Both the position numbers and the translations under genes were made by a program. The notes under the pieces were generated by a model. The model had not been told where the DNA came from. It did not search any database and saw nothing but the letters and a program-made list of their open reading frames with translations. From assembly GCA_964202905.1 (NCBI GenBank), contig CAXNJO010000009.1, positions 96,001 through 160,000 on the forward strand: 64,000 bases of DNA. Direction: 5' to 3'. Positions 29,699 through 40,600 of the stretch are shown piece by piece (position 1 is the stretch's first letter; each line of letters starts with the position of its first letter). The stretch is from Polyangiales bacterium (lineage in GTDB: Bacteria > Myxococcota_A > Polyangia > Polyangiales > JADJQN01).

Positions 29699-32343
29699 GT
29701 GCGAACTCGGACCGCGATCGTGCTCGCGCTGCTCGGCGCGCTCTCGCTCGGGTTCGAGTGGGAGGGGCGGCTCGCGCGGCTCGAGGCGGAGCTCGCGTCG
29801 GGCGATGCGTCGCGACGGCGCGAGGTCGTGCGGCAGCTCGCGAGTCACCCCGCCGCTGCGGTGCGGGAGCCGCTGCGCCGCGCGCTCGCGGACGAAGACG
29901 CGACGGTGCGGCTCGAGGCCGCGGACGTCGCAGGGCAGCTGCAACTCCTCGAAACCACGCCGATTCTCATCGAGTGGCTGGATGATCCGACGTCGCGCGA
30001 CGCAGCGGCGGCGACACGCGCGCTCGGACGGATCGGCGACGCGGCGCACCACGCGCGGCTCGTGCGCGCGCTCGGGGACGGCGACGCCCGCGTGCGACGC
30101 GCGGCGGTGGGGGCGGTCGCCACGCTCGGCGGCGCCGAGGCGGTGGTCCCGCTGCTCGGGCGCCTCGACGACGACGACCCACAGGTGCGCGTGGACGCGG
30201 CGGTCGCGCTCGGGGCGCTGCGCGACGGTCGCGCGACGGTGCCGCTGATCGGTCGCGCGCGAGACGCGACGCCCGAGGTGCGGGCCGCCGTGTTCGCCGC
30301 GCTCGGCACGCTCGGGGACGCGCGCGGCGTCACGCCGCTAGTGCAGGGACTGCGCGACGATCACGAGGACGCGCGGCTCGCGGCGATCGGCGCGCTTGGA
30401 CGCCTCGGCACGGCGGCGGCGATCGACGCGCTCGCCGAGCGGCTCGAGGTCGAGGGCCCCGCGCCAAGCGGGCGCTCGTCGCCGCGCTCGGCGCGCACGG
30501 CGCCCACGCCGAGGCGGGGCCGCGCGCGCTCGAGGCCACGGTCGGCGCGCTCGCCGATCCGGACACCGCGTCGATCGCCGCGGAGGCCTCGCGCTGCTCG
30601 CGCGGCGTCGCGCGCGACGCCCGGGGCCGCTGGCGCGCCGACGCGCCGCGGCGACCACCGCTGCGGCGGCGCCGCCTTGCAGCGCCACGGGAATCGGTCC
30701 TCACCGCGCTCGCGGCCGGCCTCGACCGCGGCGTCGCGCCGACCGCGATCACGCGCACGCTGGCGCGGCTCGCCGAGGACGGCCCGATCGACGCGGCGGG
30801 TCCGGCCCTCGCTCGGGCGGTCGACGCGCTCGACGCCGCGCGCGCCCGCCTCTCCCCGGGAGCGCGGGCGCGAGAGTCCGCGCGCGGAGCCGAGGCGCCG
30901 CTGCTGCGCGCGCTCGCGCTCGCCGGCGGGGACGCCGTGCTGGTGCGGCTGCTCGAGGCGCTCGGCGACGAGGACGACGCGCGTGCGGCCGCGGCGCTCG
31001 ACGCGCTGTCGGCCTACTTCGATCGCGCGCCGGCCGATGGACGCGCCGCCGATCCGCTGATCGCCGCGCTCGGGCGCGTGCCGCGCGAACGCCGCGCCGA
31101 CGTCGTGACGCTGCTCGGCCGTGTCGCGGCGCGCCGCGCCGCGCCGACGCTCGCGCCGCTGCTGGCCAGCGCCGACGCGTCGCTGCGCCTCGCCGCGGCA
31201 CGCGCTCTCGGCGCGCTCGGCGACCCGACCGGCGCCGCGCAGCTCGCACGTCTCCTCGACGATCGCGACGCGCGCGTGCGCTTCGAGGCGGCCGTCGCGC
31301 TCGCCCGCAGCCCCGATCCCGCGGTGCTCGCTGCGATCGCAGCGCGGCTCTCGGGCACGGCGCCCGCGGACCGCCACGCGCTCGCGGTCGCGCTCGGCGG
31401 GATGCTCGCGACGCACCGGGCCGCGGCGGGCCCGGAGACCGAGCGCGCGGCGCCCCTCGCGGCGCTGCTTCGTGCCGCGCGGAGCGACGACGCGGGCCTC
31501 TCCGCGCGTGCGCTCGATGCGCTCGCGGTCGCGGCCGATCCCGGGTCGCTCCCGGGGTTGCTCACCCTCGCGCGAGAGCCCGCCGCGTCGCGCCGCACGG
31601 CGGCCCTCCGCGCGCTCGCCGCGTTCGCCGATCCGCGCGCGGTCGACGCCCTGCGCGCCGCCATCGACGACCCGGCGCTCGCGCTCACCGCGCTCGGCGG
31701 CCTCGGCGAGCACGGCGGCGCCTCCGACGCCGAGCTCGCTCTTCGACGCAGCGACGCGCGCGCGCTGGCCGAGCTCCGCCGCGGCCGCGTTTGCGCTCGC
31801 GCGGCTCGCGCGACGCGGCGCGCGTCGCCGGCGTACCCCGGGCCGCGGAGCGCCTCTGCGCGCTCTTCGGTGCGCGCGATCCGTACGTGCGCGCCAACGC
31901 GGCGACCGCGCTCGCCGCGCTCGACGCGAGGCGCGTGCACGTCTCCGGCGGTCGACCCGCGCGCGCTGCTCGGCCCCGCGCACGCCGAAGCCGTGCGAGT
32001 CGCGGCGGCGCGCTGGCTCGGCGCGGCAGGGGCCGCCGGCGCGCTCCCGGGGGCCGACGTGACGGACGCGCTCGAGGGCTGTACGGCGCGCGATCCCTCG
32101 CCCGACGTCGCCCGCGCCTGCGCCGCCCCAGCGCTGCCTCCGCGCGACGACGTCGCGGACGTGGTGGCCTACGGGCCGGGCGGGCGTACGTCGCGCCCCG
32201 GCGCGCTGCTGGCCCTGCGACTCGCGGACGGCAGCGTGCTCGTCGCCCGCGCGGACGCCAACGCGCACCTCCGCCTCGCCCGAGCACCCCGCGGTCCACT
32301 CGCGCTCGAAGACCCCCACGAAGCCCCCCTCGACGCACGCTGA
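29699..32343 (+). CDS. HEAT-repeat protein with N-terminal signal-like segment, several frameshifts
   Basis: Repeats of L..D.D..VR..AA.ALG.LGD across frames (ORFs 28976 and 30937); shifts near 30460-30700 and 31740-31950. Confidence 0.7.
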
Positions 32344-32376
32344 GTCGGCCCGTTCCGCGGGCCTCACGGAGCCCCC

Positions 32377-32838
32377 ATGACGACCTTCACTCGGCACATC
32401 CTCGTCGCGACCGACCTCTCCCCGGCCTCCTTGCTCGCCATCGACGCGGCGGCGACGCTCGCGCGCGCATTCAGCGCGCGGGTCACGCTCGCGCACGTCT
32501 TCGACCCCACGCCGCTCACGCCCACGGCCACCTCCCAGCTGACGACGGCCGAGCAGTTCGAGGTGGCGCAAGGCTACGAGCGGCGGCTCCAGGCAGAGCT
32601 CGAGCGGATCCGCGACGCCCAGCTCGCCGGGGTCCCGCAGGTGGAGGTGCGGCTCCTCCGGGGGCGCAGCGCCGCGGACACGCTCTGCGTCCACGCCGAG
32701 CAGGCGAACGTCGACCTCATCGTGGTCGCGACGCACGGCCGCACCGGGCTCGCGCGCATGCTGATCGGGTCCGTGGCGGAGCGCGTCGTCCGGCACGCGC
32801 ACTGCCCCGTGCTCTCGCTCCGCTCGACGCTCGCGTGA
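32377..32838 (+). CDS. Universal stress protein (UspA family)
   Basis: ILVATDLS, DLIVVATHGRTGL, GSVAERVVRHAHCPVL. Confidence 0.95.
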   Translation: MTTFTRHILVATDLSPASLLAIDAAATLARAFSARVTLAHVFDPTPLTPTATSQLTTAEQFEVAQGYERRLQAELERIRDAQLAGVPQVEVRLLRGRSAADTLCVHAEQANVDLIVVATHGRTGLARMLIGSVAERVVRHAHCPVLSLRSTLA

Positions 32839-32847
32839 CGGCGTGCG

Positions 32848-34626
32848 CTACTCGACCGCGGCGCGCGCCTTCTGGGCGTGCTCGGCGAGCGCGGCGCGCT
32901 GCGCGTCGTCGAGCGGCGGCACGAGCGCCCCGTCCCGCGGCGACGCGAAGCGCTGCAAGCGCAGGAAGGCGGCCAGCATGCGCAGGTCGTGCTCGCTGAG
33001 GTCCTCGCCGTACGGCGGCATCTCGTTCGCCTCGCCGTAGTGCCGCGCCGGGTCCGCCGTCTGCCGGAGCAGCCAGGTGCGCGAGCCGTAGCCCGTCATG
33101 TCGGGGCCGCCCTCCGCGAGGTAGTCGCCGTCACCCTGAAAGGCGTGACAATTCATACACTTGGTCTCGAACACGCGCTGGCCCTGAGCGGCCAGCGCGG
33201 CGTCGAAGGGCGGGTCCTGCGGCTCGTGCCCGAGCGAGAACACGTACTCGGTCACGCCCGCGAGCTGCGCCTCGCCGAGCCGGTCCTGGCTGGGCATGCC
33301 GACGAGGCCCGTGAGGCCGAAGTAGCGCGCATCGTCCGGGTCGTGCAGCAGCCCGCGCAGCCACGCGCGGGAGCCGAGCCCGGTGTGCTCCGGCGCCCAG
33401 CGCTCCCCTTCGCCGTCGAGGACGTGGCAGCCCGCGCAGTGCGCGGCGAAGAGGTCGGCGCCGCGCGTGAGCGGGTCGTCGTCGAGCATCGCGAGCGGGC
33501 CGCCGGGCGGGATCCCCTTCCGCGCGAGGGCCACGGCACGCGCCGCGCGCGCGTCGGCGTCGCGGCGCTGCGCCTGATACTCGGGGTCGTTCGCGTCGGC
33601 GCGCAGGGAGACGTCCGTGAGCGCGACGATCGCCACGGCCGCGACGAGCACGGGCAGCACGAAGGGCAGCCGGTCGCGCACGCGCGTCGTCGGCCGGCGG
33701 TCGAAGAAGGGCAGCGCGAAGAGCAGCCCGCCGCCGACGACCGGCAGCCCGAGCGTCACGAGGATCTCGAGCTCACCGGGGACGAGGTTCAACAGCTCGT
33801 AGAGCCAGAGAAAGTAGGCCTCCGGGCGCGGCGGGTAGACGATGGAGGGGTCCGCGGGCGCGTCGAGCGGCGCGCCGATCCGCACCGTCGCGAGCGCGAC
33901 GAGCGCGAGGACGGCGACGGCGAAGAGCAGATCACGCCCGATCTGCGCGGGGAAATAGCGCTCCCGCCGCGCGAGGTCCGCGCCCGCCGGCGCCGTGGGG
34001 CCGTGCCGACGGAAGAGCGCGACGTGCGCGACCAGCACCAACCCGACGAGCCCGGGGAGGACGCCGACGTGGAGCGCGAACATCCGCGTGAGCGTGCTCT
34101 GCCCGTACTCCGGGCCGCCGACGACGAGGTCGCGGATCATCGGCCCGACGAACGGCGTGCTCCCGGCGATGTTCGTCGCGACCGTCGTCGCCCAATACCC
34201 CTTCTGATCCCAGGGCAACAGGTAGCCCGTGACGCCCATCCCGACGAGCAGCGCGAGCAGCGCGAGGCCCGCCCACCAGCCCACCTCGCGCGGCCGTTTG
34301 TACGCGCCGTACACGACGACCTGCAGCATGTGCAGGCCCATGACGAGCATCATCGCGTACGCGCCGTAGTGGTGTAGGCCCCGGATGAACCAGCCCGCAG
34401 TGACGCGGTGCTGCACGTAGAAGACGCTCGACCACGCGTCGTGGACGGACGGCGTGTACGTGACCATGAGCAGCAGGCCGGTCACGAGCTGCGAGAGCAG
34501 CACGACGGCGAGGCCGCTGCCGAACACGTAGGCCCAGCGCGCGCCTCCGGCGATCTCTTCGTCGAGGGCCGCCCGGGTCAGGGCACGGTAGCCGGTGCGC
34601 CCATCGAGCCAGTCGAGGATGCCCAA
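32848..34626 (-). CDS. Cytochrome b fused to a diheme cytochrome c domain
   Basis: GWFIRGLHHYGA, LHMLQV, GYLLPWDQKGYWA, FALHV..P...H; two CxxCH (CAGCH, CMNCH); TTG start inferred. Confidence 0.9.
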   Translation of the reverse strand: MGILDWLDGRTGYRALTRAALDEEIAGGARWAYVFGSGLAVVLLSQLVTGLLLMVTYTPSVHDAWSSVFYVQHRVTAGWFIRGLHHYGAYAMMLVMGLHMLQVVVYGAYKRPREVGWWAGLALLALLVGMGVTGYLLPWDQKGYWATTVATNIAGSTPFVGPMIRDLVVGGPEYGQSTLTRMFALHVGVLPGLVGLVLVAHVALFRRHGPTAPAGADLARRERYFPAQIGRDLLFAVAVLALVALATVRIGAPLDAPADPSIVYPPRPEAYFLWLYELLNLVPGELEILVTLGLPVVGGGLLFALPFFDRRPTTRVRDRLPFVLPVLVAAVAIVALTDVSLRADANDPEYQAQRRDADARAARAVALARKGIPPGGPLAMLDDDPLTRGADLFAAHCAGCHVLDGEGERWAPEHTGLGSRAWLRGLLHDPDDARYFGLTGLVGMPSQDRLGEAQLAGVTEYVFSLGHEPQDPPFDAALAAQGQRVFETKCMNCHAFQGDGDYLAEGGPDMTGYGSRTWLLRQTADPARHYGEANEMPPYGEDLSEHDLRMLAAFLRLQRFASPRDGALVPPLDDAQRAALAEHAQKARAAVE

Positions 34627-34628
34627 GG

Positions 34629-35174
34629 TCAGCCGAGCTCCACGCGGTCGCGCGTCTGCGTGCGAAAACGCGCGAACTTCACCTCGACGTCGCCCTCGGG
34701 CGTGACGCGCGCCTCGAGCGCGTCCATGCCGCGCGGCGACGGCCCGCTCGTCTGCTTGCCCTCGAGGTCGAAGAAGCTCTCGTGGCACGGGCAGGCGAAG
34801 CGGTGCGCCGTCGGCTCGTGCTGGATGCTGCAGCCGAGGTGCGGGCACTCGGCCTGGAGCGCGACGAGGCCGCGCTCCCCCTTGCGGCGGAGCCACACCG
34901 TGCCGAGCCGCTGCGCCGGTGAGCGCGTCCACGCGTCGACGCGCTCTCCGACCACCGCACAGGCGACCGGCGCCTCGGCGGACAGATCCGCGAACCGGGC
35001 GACGCGCTTCCAGCGGCTCGCGCCGGACATGCGCCGCGACAGCGGATCGGCGAGGTAGCGCGTGGCGGGCACCAGCCACAGCACCCCCGCGCCGGCCGCG
35101 GAGAGCCCCGCAAGCACCCCCAGCACGCTCCGGCGCCCGCTGCGCGCCCCGCCGTCGTCTCGCTCGCCGGCCAT
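34629..35174 (-). CDS. Rieske iron-sulfur protein (bc-type complex)
   Basis: Tat-like GRRSVL plus TM; CPHLGC and CPCHES boxes; GPSPRGM. Confidence 0.93.
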   Translation of the reverse strand: MAGERDDGGARSGRRSVLGVLAGLSAAGAGVLWLVPATRYLADPLSRRMSGASRWKRVARFADLSAEAPVACAVVGERVDAWTRSPAQRLGTVWLRRKGERGLVALQAECPHLGCSIQHEPTAHRFACPCHESFFDLEGKQTSGPSPRGMDALEARVTPEGDVEVKFARFRTQTRDRVELG

Positions 35175-35436
35175 CGATCTCTCCTCTGCTCGTGCGCGAT
35201 GCACCCGCGGCCGCGCCGACTGGCACCACCGACGCGACGCAGGATAGCCGCGCAGCGTCGAAAACGATATCTCCGCACGCCCCGGCGCCGCGCACCCGCG
35301 CGCGGGCAGGAAGGCGTCGGGGAAGTACCTACGCCCGGGTCGGAAGCGGTACGTTCACGCGACGCGACGCGGCGCGTCGCCGGGCGAGCGCGCCGACGTG
35401 CCCCCGCCCTGAGCGAACCACCCCCGTGAACCCCGC

Positions 35437-37656
35437 ATGAAAGGCCCCGCAGCGTCACGGACGCCCCGCGCCCCGCAGAGGCGCCTCGCGACCGCGCTCG
35501 CGCTCGCGACGGCCCTCGCCGCCGCCGGCTGTGCGAGCGTCCCCGCGGGGCGGCGGGGCGTGACCGCGCTCGACTTCGAGGGCGTCGAGGCGATGGACGA
35601 GCAGGCCCTCGCGGCCTGCCTCGCGACGCGCGCGCGGGCCGCGTTCGCCCTGAACATCAGCCCGAACCCCAGCCCCGAGTGCGGCGAGCCCGAGTTCGAC
35701 GCGCCGCGCCTGCGCGCCGGGCTCTGGACGTGGCCGTGGACTCCGTGGCCGCTCTACGACCGCACGATCTTCGAGCGCGACGTCGACCGCGTCGAGCGCT
35801 GGTACCGCGCGCGCGGCTATTACGACGCGCGCGTCGTCGAGGCGAGCGTCGATCCGCCCGACGAGGTCGCGCCGACACCCGACGACGATCGCGTGCGGCT
35901 GCGGCTGCGGGTCGACGAGGGCCAGCCGATCACCGTGGGACTCCTGCGGGTCGATGGCACCGTCGGGCTGCCCGCGTCTCTGCGCGAGGCGCTCGCGGCG
36001 CTGCCGTCGCTCGAGATCGGTGATCGCTTCGACGAGGCGACCTACGACGCCGACAAGAAGGCGCTGCTGCGCGCGCTGCGCGAGGCGTCTTACGCGCGCG
36101 CCACGATCGAGGGGCGCGTGACGATCGACGCGGGACGCCGCCTCGCGAAGGTCGTCTACGACGTGCACCCGGGGCTCTCGTGCGTCTTCGGCGAGGTCGA
36201 GTTGCACTTCGACGGCGACGAGGTGCCCGCCGTCCCCGTGCTCGCGGCGGCGCAGATCCGCCCGGGCGCGCCCTACAGCGACTCCGCGCTCGACGACGCG
36301 CAGCGCGCGATCTTCGCGCTCGGCGCGTTCTCGTCGGTCGAGATCCGCCCGGACATGCGCAGCCCGCTGCGCGTGCTGCGCATCGTCATCAACGCGCGCA
36401 CGGGCAACCTCGTGCGGCGCGGCGTCGGCGCGGGCATGCAGCTCGGTCAGCCCTACGGCGCGTCCTTCCTCAACGCGGACGGGACCCAGGTCAACAACGC
36501 CACCTGGGACGTCCACCTCCTCGGCTTCTTCGAGCACCGCAACGCCCTCGGCGGGCTGCGGCGCACGCGGGTCGAGGCGCGCCCGCGCGTCATCTCGCGC
36601 GCGGTGTTCCCAGACGTGGCGGATCCCTCGCTCGGCTTGAGCCTGCTCGGCGAGTTCCGGCAGCCGTCCTTCTTCGAAGCGCGCACCAACCTCGTCGTCG
36701 GCGCGCGCTACGACGTCGGCCCCGACGTCAACGGCCGCGCCTTCCAGCGGCACGTCGTCGATGCGTGGGTCGGCCCGGAGCGCTCCTTCCTCGCGGGTCG
36801 CCTCTACCTCAACGCCGCCTTCCACGGGCTCTACTTCGCGCCCTTCCGCATCGGGCAGGCCGCGGTCCCCAACGACCAGATCGAATACGGCATCACCTTC
36901 CTCGAGCAGACGCTGCGCCTCGATCTGCGCGACGATCCCGTGAATCCGCGCGCGGGATTCTTCTTCCAGCTCGGCCTGCAGGAGGCGGGCTACGTCGTCC
37001 CCGGATCGTGGAGCTACATCCGCGCGACGCCCGACGTGCGCGCCTACGCGCCGCTCCCGCTCGGCATCGTGCTCGCGGGACGCTTCGCGGTGGGTGTGCT
37101 CGAGATCACGGGAACGCGCCTGCCGGCGACGATCCCGGGCGCGGCCGACGATCCCACGACGCCGGACGTCGACGAGACGCGGGCCGCGACGTCGGGCCCC
37201 GGCAGCCTCGGCCCCGAGACGTACCGACTGCGCGGCGGCGGCGCGAGCTCGAACCGCGGCTTTCTCCCGATCCGGCTCGGCGGCGGGACCCACGAGCTCG
37301 GCGACGCGAGCGTGACGGACTCCGCGCAGCTCGGCGGCGTGCGCCGCTGGGAGGCCTCGCTCGAGCTCCGCGTGCCGCTCACCGAGAGCCTCGGCGCCGT
37401 GCTCTTCGCGGACGCGGGAGACGTGAGCCCGACACGCCAGTTCCGCTTCTTCGCGCCGCAGCTCACGCTCGGCCTCGGCCTCCGCTACCGCACGATCATC
37501 GGCCCGATCCGCCTCGACCTCGGCATCCGGCAGCCGTGGGCGCAGTGCCTCGGGCGCGCCTCGGCCTGCCCGCCCGACCCGGCGCCGCAGACCTTCCTGT
37601 TCGAGGCGTGGAAGATCAACGGCGCCGTGCACGTCACCATCGGAGAGTCCTTCTGA
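35437..37656 (+). CDS. tamA: Omp85/TamA family outer membrane protein
   Basis: POTRA-like YRARGYYDA; GGASSNRGF; GLGLRYRTIIGPIRLD; C-terminal IGESF. Confidence 0.88.
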   Translation: MKGPAASRTPRAPQRRLATALALATALAAAGCASVPAGRRGVTALDFEGVEAMDEQALAACLATRARAAFALNISPNPSPECGEPEFDAPRLRAGLWTWPWTPWPLYDRTIFERDVDRVERWYRARGYYDARVVEASVDPPDEVAPTPDDDRVRLRLRVDEGQPITVGLLRVDGTVGLPASLREALAALPSLEIGDRFDEATYDADKKALLRALREASYARATIEGRVTIDAGRRLAKVVYDVHPGLSCVFGEVELHFDGDEVPAVPVLAAAQIRPGAPYSDSALDDAQRAIFALGAFSSVEIRPDMRSPLRVLRIVINARTGNLVRRGVGAGMQLGQPYGASFLNADGTQVNNATWDVHLLGFFEHRNALGGLRRTRVEARPRVISRAVFPDVADPSLGLSLLGEFRQPSFFEARTNLVVGARYDVGPDVNGRAFQRHVVDAWVGPERSFLAGRLYLNAAFHGLYFAPFRIGQAAVPNDQIEYGITFLEQTLRLDLRDDPVNPRAGFFFQLGLQEAGYVVPGSWSYIRATPDVRAYAPLPLGIVLAGRFAVGVLEITGTRLPATIPGAADDPTTPDVDETRAATSGPGSLGPETYRLRGGGASSNRGFLPIRLGGGTHELGDASVTDSAQLGGVRRWEASLELRVPLTESLGAVLFADAGDVSPTRQFRFFAPQLTLGLGLRYRTIIGPIRLDLGIRQPWAQCLGRASACPPDPAPQTFLFEAWKINGAVHVTIGESF

Positions 37657-40600
37657 TGGCGGGGAAGGCGGCGCGCGCGCTCGCGTGGACGGGCGTCGGG
37701 GCGCTGGCGCTCGCGGCCTCGCTCGTGGGGCACGCGCAGACGGCGCTCTTCCGCCGGGCCGTGGCGGACACGGCGAGCGCGTGGCTGTCTGCGACGCTCG
37801 CGGGCGAGTTCGCGATCGGCCGCGTCGAGCGCCTCGACCTCGACCGCGTGGTCCTCCGGCACGTCGTCGTGCACGACGCGCGCGGGCGCCGCGTGATCGT
37901 CGCCGATCGCCTCGAGGCCGTGCCCGACGTACCCGCGCTGCTGCGCGGCGAGGTCGTGCTGCGCCGCGTCGCGCTCGCGCACGGCGCGGTGCGGCTCATC
38001 ACCGAGGGCGACGAGCCCGCGCCGACGCTCGCCGCCGCGTTCTTCCCCGCAGCGCCCGCGACGAGCGCCACGCCCGGCCCATCGCCCACCGTGCGGCTCC
38101 GCGAGATCGCGCTCGACGACGTGCTCGCGTGGGGCGACGTCCCCGGCGTGACGGGCCTCCGCGCCGAGCACGTCTCCGCGCGCGGCAGCCTCGACTTCGC
38201 GCGGGACGCGCTCGCGCTGCGGCTCCGCGACGTCCGCGCCGACGTCCGCTCGCCCTACCGCCCGCCCCTCGCGCTGCGCGGCGGGCACGGGCTCATCACC
38301 AACGATCCGCAGCGCGCGGTCACGCTGCACGCGTCGGTCGACTCGCAGCCCGCAGGCGCGCGTGAGCCCGACCGCGCCCGCGCACGCGTTCGCGTCTTCA
38401 CGCCGGCAGGCGCGGCCCCCGACGCCGCGTCGGAGGTCGAGGTGATCGTGCACGCCGATCCCGTCTCGGCCGAGCTGCTCACGTCCATCGGCGTGCCGGG
38501 CCTCGACCTGCTGCGCCTCGAGGCGGTGCGCGGCTGGGCGAGCCTGCGCGGCGTGCCCGACGATCTGCGCGCGCGCGCCTCGCTCGACTCGGCCGCGGGG
38601 CACGTCGACGCCGAGGCCCGCATCCGCCCCGGCGTCGCGCTCGAAGTCGACGCGCGCACCCGCGCCCTCGCGCTCGAGGAGCTCGTCGACGGCGCGCCCC
38701 CGCTGCGCCTCGGCGGTCGTGGCCGCGTCGCGGTGTCGCTCGATCCGACGGGCCTCGCGGACCCGACCTTCCGCGCGACGCTCGAGCCGTTGCTGTACGA
38801 GACATGGGCGGTACCCGCCCTCGAGGCGGAGGGCGCGATCGAGCCGGCTCGCGTACGCATCGACCGCCTCGACATGCCCCACGCCGGCGGGACGGTCACG
38901 GGGCGCGGCCTCGTGTACTTCGACGGGGCGCTCGACGTCGACGTCCGCGCGCACGTTCCGCAGATCGCGCGCGATCCGAACGTGCGTCGGCTCATGCCCG
39001 GGGCGCGGGCCTCGCTCGACGCGGCCCTCCACGCCGTCGTCACCGCCGGTCCGCGGCCCACGATCGACGTGCGCGGCCGCGTCGATCTCGGCGGGATGCG
39101 CGTCCCTCACGTGACCGCCGCACGCCTCCGCGCGACGGGCCGCGTGCACGGTGAGCCAACGCGGCCCCAGGTCGCCGCGAGCCTCTCGACGCGCGGCCTC
39201 GTCGTCGCCGACTACGTGCTCGGCGACGGCGCGGGCACCGTGCGCGGCGGCCCGACTCGTTACGCGGTGAGCGCTTCTCTCCGCGAAGACCCGCGCGCGA
39301 TTGGATTCGACGCCACCATCACGCGAGATGGCAGCGCGTTCACGCATCGACGCGCCGCGGCTCGAGCTCGCCGTGCGCGGCGCCGCGTGGCGCGGCCAGA
39401 TCCAGGGGCTGCGCATCGCGCCGGGCCGCGCGATCGACCTCACGCGCGCGCTGCTCGCGAGCGGCGGACAGCGCCTCGAGGCGCACGGGCGTTACGCGCT
39501 CGACCGACGCGCGGGGCGCGAGATCGAGGCGGAGTTGCAGGGCGTCGACGTCGGGGCCTTCGCCCCGTTCGTGCCCGAGCTCGCGGGCTACGGCGGCATC
39601 CTCGACGCACACCTCGCGATGAGCGGCGACGCGGCTCAACCGAGCCTCTCGCTCGAGGCGGCCGTGCGCGAGGGCGCCGCGCTCGGGCTCGCGGGGATCG
39701 AGGGCGTCTGCGCCGTCCGTTACGACGTCGGCGCGCTCGAGATCGACACGGAGATCACCGTCGGCACGCACGGCACGGCGGCGCTCAACGTGCTCGGGCT
39801 CGTCGATCCGGCCGAGGACGCCCCCCTCGCCGCGCTCCGCGGAGGCGAATACGAGGCGCGGCTCGACCTCGCGCGTGTGGATCTCGCGTTTCTCCACGAC
39901 GTGCTCGGGGACCGCGCGCCGGACCTGCGCGGCGCCGCCACGGGCCGCGTCGCCTTCCGCGGGAGCCTCGCGTCGCCGCACTGGAACGGCGCCGTGCGCT
40001 TCACCGACCTCGTCTACGCAGGGCAGCCGCCGCTCGACGCCGCGGTCGCCGCGACCTGGGACGGCGCCGTGCTCGGCGCGGACGTCGATCTCCGCCTCGG
40101 CGGGACACCGCTCGCCAGCATCGCGACGAGCCTCGCCGTGCCGCTCGACGCGGTCCTCGACGGGCGCCTCGATCCGCGCGCCACGCTGCGTACCGAGCCG
40201 TGGTGGCTGCGGGTGCGCGTCCCCCCGCGCCGCCTCGATCGCCTCCCCGAATCCTGGCGGGAGCGCATCGGCGCCTTGCCGCTGCGCGTCGAGGCGGGGC
40301 TGACGTTGAACGGCGGAGACGCGGGGGGAACGCGCGGCACGCTGCGCGCCGCCGGCGCATGGGAGGGCGACACCGGCGCCTTCGCCTGCGGGCAGAGCGC
40401 GCGACCGCGCTTCGACGCATCGGCCGTGCTCGCCGACGGCGCCGTGAGCGCGACGGCGCGCGCGTTCATCGAGCGCGTCGACTCGATCGCCGAGGCGCAC
40501 GCGACCTTCGCCCTGCCCCTCGACGCGTGGATCGCCGCGAGCGCCTTCCCGGACGCAGCCCAGGCGGGGCCGCCCTTCGCGCTCCCCACGATCGATGTGC

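Noticed and set aside
35221..35235. Possible sigma54 promoter TGGCAC-N7-GC upstream of tamA
   Set aside because: Lacks the TT of the -12 element; GG-N10-GC alone is common at this GC content
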